This document shows positions 7,597 to 16,743 of a stretch of 35,444 bases of DNA, in pieces. How positions within the stretch are numbered: position 1 is the stretch's first letter; each line of letters begins with the position of its first letter. The notes beneath the pieces are model-generated. The model was not told the DNA's origin. It saw only the letters and a list, made by a program, of their open reading frames with translations, and ran no database searches. Source of the stretch: a virus. The DNA lies in the IMG/VR virus record IMGVR_UViG_3300045988_134116. One strand, written 5' to 3'. The position numbers and the translations under genes are program-made.

Positions 7597-9972
7597 ATGT
7601 TGCATAAAAGATACGCTGGCAGTTTTGTTAACTGCAAGGGCCAAACGTGGAGGGTCGAAATATGGCAAGCGGCCAATGCGCCTTTCACTTCCGTTGGTAG
7701 CCTCACGTTTGATGCCGACACGCCACTTGAATTAGAATGGGAGGAGCGCGAAAAGTACGAAACCACTTGTGGCGCAACGCTCACGATCAACATCGTGAGT
7801 CCTGCTGACCGCACGTTTACTGACCTCTTCCAAATCAGTCCAGGCAATGTCATGGCGCACGTCTACCTTGACGATGCGCTCTTTTGGGTGGGTGGCCTCG
7901 ACTGCGAAACGTATGAAGAGCCTTACCAGTCGGAGAAGGACTACACCGTCACACTCACCTTTACTGACTTCGGCCACATGCAGCGCCTAAAGTATGGCGA
8001 AACGGGGGGCATTAAGTCGGTGCGCCACTACATTGACTATTGCCTTGAGCAGGTGGGCCTCAGCGCAGTGCCAGTAGAGGTGTTTACGTCGTTAGAGATG
8101 AACGACAACGTGCTATGGGAGCATTGTGACCTTACACGCCTATACGTTGATGCTGCCAACTTCTACGATGAGGACGGTGAAGCCTCAACGCTTGACGAAG
8201 TGTTGAACGGTGTGCTGCAACCGCTTGCCTTGCGTATCGTGCAGCGTGCGGGCAAGATCATGGTGTACGACTTGAATGCGTTGCGCAATAATCCACCCAA
8301 GGTAGAAGAAATCACATGGGACGCTACGGAGCAAACGCTATCGGTAGATAAGTTGGCGCAAGCGGCCGTCGTTAAGTTCTCGCCCTACACGGGTGGCGAC
8401 CTCCTGTCCGACAACAGCGTAACCATAAAACAAGACCGACTGACAGAGGTGGGCAGCGTGTTTAACATGTTTGGCCCTGGGTTCAAAACGTACGAGATAA
8501 GTCGTTTCTTCCATTCTGCCTCTGATAGTGCTGCCACTGGCCTTACGCAAAAGCACCCCGATGCGCATTTCTTCAAAATGGTGAAGACGGGTACGGGGGG
8601 CGGAGCGTGTGAGGGCCTTGCGTGGCTGGCCTTAACGAATTGCTGGCCGCGCAATAACCTCACGCTCAATGGGCAACAATCGCCTTTGGGGAGAGACGCC
8701 CATTATGCCTATGTCGAAGCTAACACAAGCGAAAACGTCGTTACGCGTGCCTTCAACGACCTATCGGGTACGTTGGACGAAGTGCTGATGCGTTTCCCTC
8801 GTGTGTACTGCCCTGCGGCCCAAAATCAAGTGTCAGAAGACGTGATGCGCTCTTACATTCACCTCACTATGGAGATGATGATAGACCCGCGCCTCAACCC
8901 ATTTGCCGAGGCAAAGGACGAAACGAACGAAAAGGACAACTTTAATTGGTGTAAGGTGCGCGAGGCTTACTGCTACATTCCCTTCTCGCTCGTCTTGTTT
9001 GACGGCAATGGCAAGGCCATAGCGCAATACCAAGCCAAAGGCTACAATAACGAAGGGCATTGGGTCGCGGTTGAATACGACGATACGAAATACTTCACGC
9101 ATGCGCCCTCTTACCTCCTCTACTATGCCAACTCTAAGAGTGATAGCATAAAGGAGGAGAGCGGCATTCAAGGGTGGTCGAAGAACCATACACACACCCT
9201 TGGCCACGAACGAACTAATGAACAATACGCCACGGAGGGCGAAATCATTCCCCTGCCGAACACTGCGGGTTACTTGGAGTTGACCATTTATACAGGGTGC
9301 ATCATCTTCGACGATATGGACGGAAAGGGGAAGGAATATCCCATTACCAATCCTCAGACGTGCCAACTCGACAAGTCGTTGCCCGACCCTAACGGATTGC
9401 GCGACGTGTGTATTAGCACGCAAACCTCTAAACGTGGGCAACGTATGAATTGGACGCAAAGGTGGTGGCTTTACAAGTTCCCGAAGTTGGAGATCGTACA
9501 AGGCCTCATCGCTGAATCGGTGGAGAAGAGTGATGCAGAATACAGCGCATGGATAAACGCAAGCGCAAAGGACGAGATAAAGATTGACACCATTTGCGGC
9601 ACAGCCTTTGGGAGCGACTTGGGGGTGACGGCACGAGGCGCTTACAAAATTTGGTACTCGTTTTCTCCTGGCCCTGGGCAGACGGAGATTCCTCAACGAT
9701 GTTTCCTGCGTCGCACCAACACGTCTGCGCCTTGGCTGATTGAGTACGACTTGTTAGGGCTACTCTTTAGCCAGTATGGACACCGCGTACCTACGCTTGA
9801 GGGAGAGGCCATTACTCCGCTCTCACCGCTACAGATCTTCACCGACCGCGCGATGCCGAGTGAGGACCTCTTTATGATGAAAAGTGAGGTGCTCAGCGCC
9901 TACGACGGCACGAGTAATATTAAATTTGTAAGGCTCGAACCCGAGGAATGGAACAAAGAAATCATTAAATAA
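7597..9972 (+). CDS. Tail protein (Dit-like N-terminal domain with a large C-terminal extension)
   Basis: 791 aa from the ATG at 7597 and directly downstream of the tape measure gene. The start at 7513 would translate the repeat element. The function is inferred from synteny. Confidence 0.5.
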   Translation: MLHKRYAGSFVNCKGQTWRVEIWQAANAPFTSVGSLTFDADTPLELEWEEREKYETTCGATLTINIVSPADRTFTDLFQISPGNVMAHVYLDDALFWVGGLDCETYEEPYQSEKDYTVTLTFTDFGHMQRLKYGETGGIKSVRHYIDYCLEQVGLSAVPVEVFTSLEMNDNVLWEHCDLTRLYVDAANFYDEDGEASTLDEVLNGVLQPLALRIVQRAGKIMVYDLNALRNNPPKVEEITWDATEQTLSVDKLAQAAVVKFSPYTGGDLLSDNSVTIKQDRLTEVGSVFNMFGPGFKTYEISRFFHSASDSAATGLTQKHPDAHFFKMVKTGTGGGACEGLAWLALTNCWPRNNLTLNGQQSPLGRDAHYAYVEANTSENVVTRAFNDLSGTLDEVLMRFPRVYCPAAQNQVSEDVMRSYIHLTMEMMIDPRLNPFAEAKDETNEKDNFNWCKVREAYCYIPFSLVLFDGNGKAIAQYQAKGYNNEGHWVAVEYDDTKYFTHAPSYLLYYANSKSDSIKEESGIQGWSKNHTHTLGHERTNEQYATEGEIIPLPNTAGYLELTIYTGCIIFDDMDGKGKEYPITNPQTCQLDKSLPDPNGLRDVCISTQTSKRGQRMNWTQRWWLYKFPKLEIVQGLIAESVEKSDAEYSAWINASAKDEIKIDTICGTAFGSDLGVTARGAYKIWYSFSPGPGQTEIPQRCFLRRTNTSAPWLIEYDLLGLLFSQYGHRVPTLEGEAITPLSPLQIFTDRAMPSEDLFMMKSEVLSAYDGTSNIKFVRLEPEEWNKEIIK

Positions 9973-9986
9973 CTACAACTAAGGCT

Positions 9987-12900
9987 ATGGACTATAAAGT
10001 TACAACACGATACGTTACAGCCACGCCACGCAGAGCGCGCAAAGGCAATAACGCTGAGGCCTCAGCCACAAGCAGCGGTGGCGGTGGGGCTTCCATAAGC
10101 AGCGGCAGTGCTGCTACGGCCGATGCTCACACGCACCCCAATCTCGACACGCTGAATCAGCTGGACGCTGCTCCTGCCGACGGCTACCTCTATCTGGATA
10201 GTACCGACACCGACACGGGCGAAACCGTCCGTACCAAGGTGAAGGCAGGATTTGCCGATGAGGCTGCCTCAGCCGACCACGCCACCACGGCCGACGACGC
10301 CACGAATGCTGACAATGCCGACCACGCCACCGAAGCCGATCATGCCGCCGAAGCCGATCATGCCGCTACGGCCGACGACCTTACGCAATGGGGTACGGCT
10401 GATCAGCGTTACCTAAGCCGCCAACACGACGACACGGCCGAGGGGAGCGTCACCTTCCGCAAGGCTACCAACTTCGAAGCCTCAGCACAAAGCCCCGACT
10501 TCGCGAGTAATGGCTTCGCGGGCAGCGGTTGGGCTGCACAAACGGCCGCGGACGGTCAGACCTACGTAGAGGCCGACAACCTCCGCATTCGCGGAAGGCT
10601 CACGGCCTTTGAACTCGTTATCGAAAAGATGCGTGCCATTTGTGGCGCACTGGGCATCAGCCAAGCCTGCGGACGCGTGAAGAGCGTGGACGGGGACGCT
10701 ACGAACTATTACTTAGTATTAGAGGGAGACGACACGCACGGCTACGGAGGTTTCCAAGCGAACGACTTCATACGTTGCCAACGCTGGACATCGAATGGCG
10801 CTCGCGGCTATTGGGTCAGAGTTAGCTTCATAGGCAGCACAGCAGGCGGCCACGACAATGTGTTGGCCATTAATAGGTCGGAGTTCGACGCCGCCATTGT
10901 CGAACCTCATGCGGGCGAGGTCAACGCTTACGACCACGCGCAAGAAGTCACCGCACAAGTAGCCCAACTCGTAACAGACGACCGTACCGCCCTCATCACG
11001 GCCGACGACGGCACGTCCATGCTCCTTGCCGACAATAGCAACGCCCCCATTACAGGGCAAATGGTACTCCCCGAAGTAGGCGACGAGTTGGTGCAATACG
11101 GCAACGCTACCGACCCCACACGCCAAAGCGCCATTTACATTCACGCCAACGGCACGGGGCAACCTGCTATCGACTTACTCACTGGTATCACCTCCAAGAG
11201 CTTTGTCGGTTGTCTCGCTTGTCGCCTTGGCGGCTACCTACCCACGGGCGGCTTTGGCCTTTACGCCAAGAATGGGCAAATCATCTCTCTCTCACCCGAC
11301 GGACGTACCACTCACTACAGCCTCAACCCTGACGGCTCGTTCTCGCTCGGACAAGGGGCTATCGAATACAACGGCAAAGGTGACGTTACGATAGGAAACA
11401 ATGTCACGATCAAATGGGGGCCACAGAGCCAAACGACCTACAAATGGGCCGTTAGTGATAATGGCACGAGCGCGCCTGGAAGCGGTTGGAGCAGTACGTT
11501 CCCTACTGACGTGGCGCAAGGTAAGTACATTTGGAAACGCACATTTTATCCCGACGGCACTGAAACTACAGAGTTGATTGGCTTCGTTGGTAAGGACGGT
11601 GTTAAGGGCAACCCAGGTGCTAAGGGCGACCCAGGCCCTATTGGCCCGCAAGGCCCTATTGGTCCACGAGGCCCTATTGGGCCACGAGGTGATGACGGAG
11701 CAGACGGAATAAGCCTACATAGCAACCTTCTCGTGCATACCGACTTCGCGCCAAGGGCAGAGAACTACGCTGGCACGTGGCTCAATTTCCGCTCCTCGCT
11801 CGCTACGATTAACGGCACGCTGAACGAGGGAGCAGCGGTTGGTGATACGGATATGCTCTCGGCTTCGGTATCAACACAGACGGACATGTTCCAATATAAT
11901 GTAACAAAGTTGCTCAACCCTTCGACATGGTACGTCATAGGCATTACAATGCGTGGCACAGGTACTGCCACTGTATATTGTTATCCCGATACGAACGAGC
12001 AAACAATCTACGTTGACGGAAAGGTAGGCGGCTCACCAAGTGATACAAGTGCAGGATTTGCATTGACCTCAACATGGAGACGACATTACATCGCATTCTG
12101 CACGAAGTCAAGCCTTAGCGGTACAAAGTCTGTACTTGTACGATTGTCAAGTGGCGCGCAAGCAGACATCTCAATGGTCACATTGGGTAGACCATACGGA
12201 GGTGGCTCAACATTAACCGCTGACGGCTACATTCAGAATGATGCGCAGCTTATTCGCATGGCTACACCTTCCAACATGGAAACGTTCTGTGGTATCAACT
12301 CTTTGTGTGCATGGCGAAGCAGTGAACGCGAGTTTGACTTTTATTCGCAATCGTTAGGCTCAATAATCATTTCTGGACAATGGTACACACTATCTTTCTA
12401 CGCACGTGGCTCAGGTAGTATCAACACATACGTATATGATTATGGAGGACGCGTCTTGTCTGATGCAAGCGCAGATATGCCATTAGCAGACGGAGTGAAA
12501 GAAACTGCATTTAAGAATGACGGAAGCCATACATGGGAGCTAACCGCAGAATGGGTGCGACACATCTACACCTTCCGCGTCCGCACGGACGGCACTTACT
12601 CCAATCCGCTCTTACTATTCAGAGCAACAATAGGCACGAGCGGTGATTTCATCGCTATCAATCAAGTAAAGCTTGAATTGGGCAAAAACGCTTCGGATTG
12701 GTGCTTAAACGAAATGGACAAGAAAGCAGTTTCCTTGCCCGATTGGCTGAAAGCTTTCAATGGCTACACCATGATTGGTGACAATTACATAGCAAGTGGT
12801 AATGCGTTCTTTGGCCGAAAAGAGATTGACGGCACTTACACAGGCTGCATGATGTCGTCTAACGGATTGCAGATAGGGGGCAATACAGTCGTGGGTATGT

Positions 12901-13622
12901 ACGCATTAGACCACAACGTGCTGAAAGTCGCAATCGACCCCGTAAACCAACAATACTACTTCCAAGGCAAGGTCTATGCCGATGAAGGCATCTTTAAGGG
13001 CACAGTATATGCTGACAAAGGTGTATTTAAAGGCATTACAACGGGTATGCAGCTTAACTCGGTAACGGTAATTAACACGAGTAATTGGGCTGACTACCTT
13101 GAATTAAGGGTTAAAAGTACATCGGGGCTGGGAACTATTAAATACAATAAATATGCTTACCCTATAATCCCCAATTTATCAAGCATCATCTATGTCAATA
13201 GTTTGCCCGAAACGGTAACTGAAACAGACGGAAATAACAAGACTTCAAAATATTACAGATATTGGCAATTACCACCTTACGGAGATAGCGATGAAGAAAT
13301 CCAACAAGCTCTTTCGCTTGTCGGCTGCAAGTTTATTATTTATAACAACATGACAGACACTGATAGTCTCGGCAAAGAATTTAATTTATACGGCCGCTTT
13401 TCCAAAAAAGGTGAAACAGACTTCACGACCTATTTAAATTTAGGCAAAGGCATGATTATACTTACTATGTGTGTCGGCTCAGACGGACAATTCTATTGGC
13501 AATATGACGGTGCTTTATTTAATATAAAGCTCAATGGTACGCTAAAGCCTGGTAATGGGTGGCAGATACAGACAGATAATATTATCAAACCACCAATTTA
13601 CCCAGAACCAATGGGCGAATGA
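9987..13622 (+). CDS. Tail fibre / receptor-binding protein with collagen-like and acidic repeats
   Basis: 1211 aa. It carries the acidic repeat ADHATTADDATNADNADHATEADHAAEADHAATADD, a Gly-X-Y run GKDGVKGNPGAKGDPGPIGPQGPIGPRGPIGPRGDDGADG (about 11589-11708) and a duplicated VYADxGxFKG. The 3' third is visibly more AT-rich. Confidence 0.8.
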   Translation: MDYKVTTRYVTATPRRARKGNNAEASATSSGGGGASISSGSAATADAHTHPNLDTLNQLDAAPADGYLYLDSTDTDTGETVRTKVKAGFADEAASADHATTADDATNADNADHATEADHAAEADHAATADDLTQWGTADQRYLSRQHDDTAEGSVTFRKATNFEASAQSPDFASNGFAGSGWAAQTAADGQTYVEADNLRIRGRLTAFELVIEKMRAICGALGISQACGRVKSVDGDATNYYLVLEGDDTHGYGGFQANDFIRCQRWTSNGARGYWVRVSFIGSTAGGHDNVLAINRSEFDAAIVEPHAGEVNAYDHAQEVTAQVAQLVTDDRTALITADDGTSMLLADNSNAPITGQMVLPEVGDELVQYGNATDPTRQSAIYIHANGTGQPAIDLLTGITSKSFVGCLACRLGGYLPTGGFGLYAKNGQIISLSPDGRTTHYSLNPDGSFSLGQGAIEYNGKGDVTIGNNVTIKWGPQSQTTYKWAVSDNGTSAPGSGWSSTFPTDVAQGKYIWKRTFYPDGTETTELIGFVGKDGVKGNPGAKGDPGPIGPQGPIGPRGPIGPRGDDGADGISLHSNLLVHTDFAPRAENYAGTWLNFRSSLATINGTLNEGAAVGDTDMLSASVSTQTDMFQYNVTKLLNPSTWYVIGITMRGTGTATVYCYPDTNEQTIYVDGKVGGSPSDTSAGFALTSTWRRHYIAFCTKSSLSGTKSVLVRLSSGAQADISMVTLGRPYGGGSTLTADGYIQNDAQLIRMATPSNMETFCGINSLCAWRSSEREFDFYSQSLGSIIISGQWYTLSFYARGSGSINTYVYDYGGRVLSDASADMPLADGVKETAFKNDGSHTWELTAEWVRHIYTFRVRTDGTYSNPLLLFRATIGTSGDFIAINQVKLELGKNASDWCLNEMDKKAVSLPDWLKAFNGYTMIGDNYIASGNAFFGRKEIDGTYTGCMMSSNGLQIGGNTVVGMYALDHNVLKVAIDPVNQQYYFQGKVYADEGIFKGTVYADKGVFKGITTGMQLNSVTVINTSNWADYLELRVKSTSGLGTIKYNKYAYPIIPNLSSIIYVNSLPETVTETDGNNKTSKYYRYWQLPPYGDSDEEIQQALSLVGCKFIIYNNMTDTDSLGKEFNLYGRFSKKGETDFTTYLNLGKGMIILTMCVGSDGQFYWQYDGALFNIKLNGTLKPGNGWQIQTDNIIKPPIYPEPMGE

Positions 13623-13688
13623 TAAAAAAGCGCACCCGAAGGCGCGCCATAAATTACAACCATTACAAACTTACAAAAAACAAATAAC

Positions 13689-14705
13689 ATGGCAACAAAG
13701 AAACTTTCAGAAGCATTAGCCGAGTTGCAAGCAGCAGCGAGTGTGAGCGGATTGGACGTGCGATTGGTCGTTGCTGGGCAGACCGACACAGACAATGCGC
13801 AAACTATCACGCTACAACAATTGCTCACGGCATTGAATGTACCCACCGCACAGAGTGGTACGCAAGGAACAACTAAGAACTACATTTATTCGGCAAGCAG
13901 TGATGAAATGCATACAGCATTGAGTGGCAAGATATGGACGTACACGCACACTGACCGTAACTTGTTCCTCCGATTTAAGCACTGGGGCGCAGCCAACGAC
14001 ACCGAACAAACCAATTATAGCCAAGTATTGTTATGCCATTTGGTAAACCGTAACCAAGACGGACTGATGGATAAGTATGTGTTTGCTCGCGTCCTAAATC
14101 ACAATCTGGCAGAAGGGCAGAGTACTACAGACAAGGTGATTGTCAACTACACAAACTTTGCAGAAAGTGGCAACAAACAACTTGTAATCACTAAGGCCAC
14201 CACTGCAAAGGCAGGTGTAATGACAGCAGAGGATAAGACAAAGCTTGATAATTTAACTGCTTATGCGCGTGACCTTGGAAACTTTGAATCGGAGGAAACG
14301 GCTCTTGATGCGCTTAAAGATATTGAAATATCAAGCAACTCTAATATTGTACACGTGCATTGCACGTATGCAAACGGAGCAATGAGTATTACAATGATGC
14401 AGAGCATTGAGAATGATTATTGTAGACAGGTAATCTTCAATAAATCAAAGTTTTTTCAACGTGCTATTTATTTTACTGATGGCACTCGCCAAGAAATCAG
14501 TCATGCAGAAGATTGGAGTTGTCTTTTCGGTGATAGATTACAATGGGATAGCGGAGAGAATAAATATGTATTACGCCAATTCGATTTGTCGTTCAATCAG
14601 AAATATACAGACCCTATCCCCACCGCAACTGCGAACAATGATGGCCTCATGAGCAAAGAAGACAAACAACTACTCGAAAAGATTAAAGCACAACTTAATC
14701 TGTAA
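13689..14705 (+). CDS. Tail fibre-associated / second receptor-binding-like protein
   Basis: 338 aa and AT-rich, the last gene of the tail module. It has two copies of a fibre-type motif (AKAGVMTAEDKTKLDNL and NNDGLMSKEDKQLLEKI). Confidence 0.4.
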   Translation: MATKKLSEALAELQAAASVSGLDVRLVVAGQTDTDNAQTITLQQLLTALNVPTAQSGTQGTTKNYIYSASSDEMHTALSGKIWTYTHTDRNLFLRFKHWGAANDTEQTNYSQVLLCHLVNRNQDGLMDKYVFARVLNHNLAEGQSTTDKVIVNYTNFAESGNKQLVITKATTAKAGVMTAEDKTKLDNLTAYARDLGNFESEETALDALKDIEISSNSNIVHVHCTYANGAMSITMMQSIENDYCRQVIFNKSKFFQRAIYFTDGTRQEISHAEDWSCLFGDRLQWDSGENKYVLRQFDLSFNQKYTDPIPTATANNDGLMSKEDKQLLEKIKAQLNL

Positions 14706-14772
14706 GCGTATTGTTTGACTACTACAAAAAGACGTAGTATCTTTGTATTGTATTAAGAAAGATAACATACGC

Positions 14773-14804
14773 CCTTACCCCTCTCCGTGTAAGGACTTTT
14801 TTTG
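14773..14804 (+). terminator. Rho-independent terminator after the tail module
   Basis: Hairpin CCTTAC...GTAAGG (14773-14794) followed by a T-run (ACTTTTTTTG). Confidence 0.6.
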
Positions 14805-14820
14805 TATTCCCCTCCTCCCA

Positions 14821-14842
14821 TTTTGTGAGCTATTTGTGAGCA
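14821..14842 (+). promoter_or_regulatory. Candidate integrase arm-type site, left copy (TTTTGTGAGCTATTTGTGAGCA)
   Basis: This 22-nt sequence is repeated exactly at 15076-15097. Each copy contains TTGTGAGC twice, 11 nt apart. The two copies flank the tRNA-fragment core. Confidence 0.5.
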
Positions 14843-14896
14843 GCAATTAAAGCCAAATTCTAAAAGTATATGATAATCAATACATTATACACAATC

Positions 14897-14948
14897 GCGC
14901 ACCTGCTTTGGGAGCAGGGGGTCGTGGGTTCGAATCCCGTCGCCCCGA
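14897..14948 (+). other. attP core: 3' fragment (about positions 22-73) of tRNA-Pro(UGG)
   Basis: The anticodon arm CCTGC-TTTGGGA-GCAGG gives anticodon TGG with G37. It is followed by GGGTC, the T-arm GTGGG-TTCGAAT-CCCGT and the acceptor 3' strand CGCCCCG plus A. No matching 5' acceptor (CGGGGCG) or D-arm lies upstream. The integrase gene is 170 nt downstream. Confidence 0.8.
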
Positions 14949-15075
14949 CATAAGGAAAACCGCTGATTATCAAGTTGTTAAGGCTTGGTAATTGGCGGTT
15001 TTATTGTTTGTTGTTACTCGTTTTTTTACCGCATTTTGGCCTCATTTTGGCCGTTTTTGGCTTATTTTGTATCGT

Positions 15076-15097
15076 TTTTGTGAGCTATTTGTGAGCA
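15076..15097 (+). promoter_or_regulatory. Candidate integrase arm-type site, right copy
   Basis: Exact repeat of 14821-14842. It is preceded by helically phased T-tracts at about 15021-15080, spaced 10-11 nt apart. Confidence 0.5.
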
Positions 15098-15119
15098 AAA
15101 AGGGTTAAAAATGTAGGTA

Positions 15120-16391
15120 ATGGCATATAAATTAAAGTGGTATTTAGATTTAAGGCGTAAGGACGAACAAGGGAAAGGGCGGCTTTGTATCGTTATTTAC
15201 AATCGTGGAACGTCGGCAATGCTGAGCACGGGGGTGATGTTGCGCGAGGGAGAGTTTGTGAACGGTAGGGTGGTGGGCGCGCCCATGGCGGCACAGCTGA
15301 CGCAGTTGCTGCGACTGAAAATGGCAAAGGTGCAATTGACTGTTGAAGAGGTGGCGTGCTTTAATGATGTTCAAGCAATGAGGGCAAGCGAGATTAAGGC
15401 GGCTTTGCTCGATCGGCTGGAGTTGAATGGGAATGGGGGTGAGGCCGTTGGAGAGGAGAAACAGGAGGAAGCGCGTTTTTTGCCGTTTGCTGAAACGTTT
15501 GTGAGTCGGTGTAAGAAGGAAAGAACGGCGGGCGTGTATAAAATGACTTTACAGAAGTTGAGGAAGTTTTGTAAGTTGGAGGAGTTGTGCTTTAAAGATG
15601 TGACGGTGGGGTGGCTGAAGGATTTTGAGGTTTGGATGGCTGACACCTGCAGCACGAACACGCGGGGCATACACTTTCGCAATATTCGTGCCGTGTTTAA
15701 TGCTGCAATAGATGAAGAGGTGATACCGGCCGAAATGTATCCTTTTAGGCGATTTAAGATAAAGAAGGAGGAAACGATGAAACGCTCGCTAAGGTTGGAG
15801 GATTTGAGGCGGTTGATGCGTTACCCTTGCGAAGAGTGGCAAAAGAGGTATGTCGACCTTTTTATGCTTTCGTTTTATCTGGCGGGCATTAATATGATTG
15901 ACCTCATGGAGTTGCCTCCGCTGAATGAGAGTGGCGTGATTGAATACAGGCGGAGCAAAACGGGGGTTGTGTGTCGGCTGACGGTTCCACCTGAAGCGCT
16001 GGAGATTATTGAGCGTTATAAGGGGGTGAAACGTTTGCTTTATTTTGGCGAGCGTTTGAGTGGTGGCGTTGAGGCGTGGAAGGGTTTCCTTCGTAACGTG
16101 AATGACGGGCTGCAACGTGTTGGTCCGTCGTGTTATGTGTACGTAAAGCATAAGGGCAAACGGGCGAAAGAACGGGTGAAAGTGTATAGCGGTTTGTTTC
16201 CCGATCTTACCTCCTATTGGGCGCGCCACACGTGGGCAACGTTGGCCTCAGAACTTGACGTGCCTGATGCAGTGATAGATGCTGCTTTAGGTCACAAGTC
16301 GCCCTATCCAATGGCCGACATATATATAAGGCGAAACGCTAAGAAGGTAGATGAAGCCGTGAGGCGCGTGATTGATTATGTAAGGGGGTAA
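15120..16391 (+). CDS. int: Tyrosine-type site-specific integrase
   Basis: 423 aa. The C-terminal catalytic region has SYWARHTWATLA (HxxR), LGHKS and ADIYIRR (catalytic Tyr). The gene is adjacent to the tRNA-fragment attP. Confidence 0.9.
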   Translation: MAYKLKWYLDLRRKDEQGKGRLCIVIYNRGTSAMLSTGVMLREGEFVNGRVVGAPMAAQLTQLLRLKMAKVQLTVEEVACFNDVQAMRASEIKAALLDRLELNGNGGEAVGEEKQEEARFLPFAETFVSRCKKERTAGVYKMTLQKLRKFCKLEELCFKDVTVGWLKDFEVWMADTCSTNTRGIHFRNIRAVFNAAIDEEVIPAEMYPFRRFKIKKEETMKRSLRLEDLRRLMRYPCEEWQKRYVDLFMLSFYLAGINMIDLMELPPLNESGVIEYRRSKTGVVCRLTVPPEALEIIERYKGVKRLLYFGERLSGGVEAWKGFLRNVNDGLQRVGPSCYVYVKHKGKRAKERVKVYSGLFPDLTSYWARHTWATLASELDVPDAVIDAALGHKSPYPMADIYIRRNAKKVDEAVRRVIDYVRG

Positions 16392-16477
16392 AGTTTTTTA
16401 TATCTTTATGGCCAAAAATGTTTGGCTATAAGTATAAATTTTATTACCTTTGTAATGCAAAACAGAAAGGAACGCGC

Positions 16478-16678
16478 ATGAATAAATTGAAAGTAAGAGA
16501 AGTTATTCAGCTGCTGAAAAAGGAAGGCTGGGTAGAAATTAAGGCCAATCATGGCGATCACCGACAGTTCAAGCACCCCACGAAGAAGGGTAAAGTAACT
16601 GTAAGAGGTAAGATGAGTGAAACGCTTAACGATTTTCTCCTTCTAAGCATTTGGCGACAAGCTGGTTGGAGAAAGTAA
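16478..16678 (+). CDS. hicA: HicA-family toxin (mRNA interferase)
   Basis: 66 aa from the ATG at 16478. LLKKEGWVEIKANHGDHRQFKHPTKKGKVTVRGK...IWRQAGW matches the HicA pattern (GW...G(S/D)H...HP). It is followed by hicB. Confidence 0.75.
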   Translation: MNKLKVREVIQLLKKEGWVEIKANHGDHRQFKHPTKKGKVTVRGKMSETLNDFLLLSIWRQAGWRK

Positions 16679-16743
16679 ATTAAAAGGTATGGAAGGGGGT
16701 TGAACCTTTCCATAACCTTAGAATATATAAGACTTTTAAAAGT

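Noticed and set aside
8833-9696. Long antisense ORFs inside large structural genes (for example 8833..9696(-), 10719..11162(-), 30573..31055(-) and 6208..6546(-))
   Set aside because: They lie wholly inside strongly supported plus-strand genes. Their products are Arg/Ala/Val-rich, as is typical of antisense frames in GC-rich coding DNA, and they have no recognisable motifs.
9987-14705. A diversity-generating retroelement acting on the tail fibre
   Set aside because: No reverse transcriptase ORF and no template/variable repeat pair could be found anywhere in the window.
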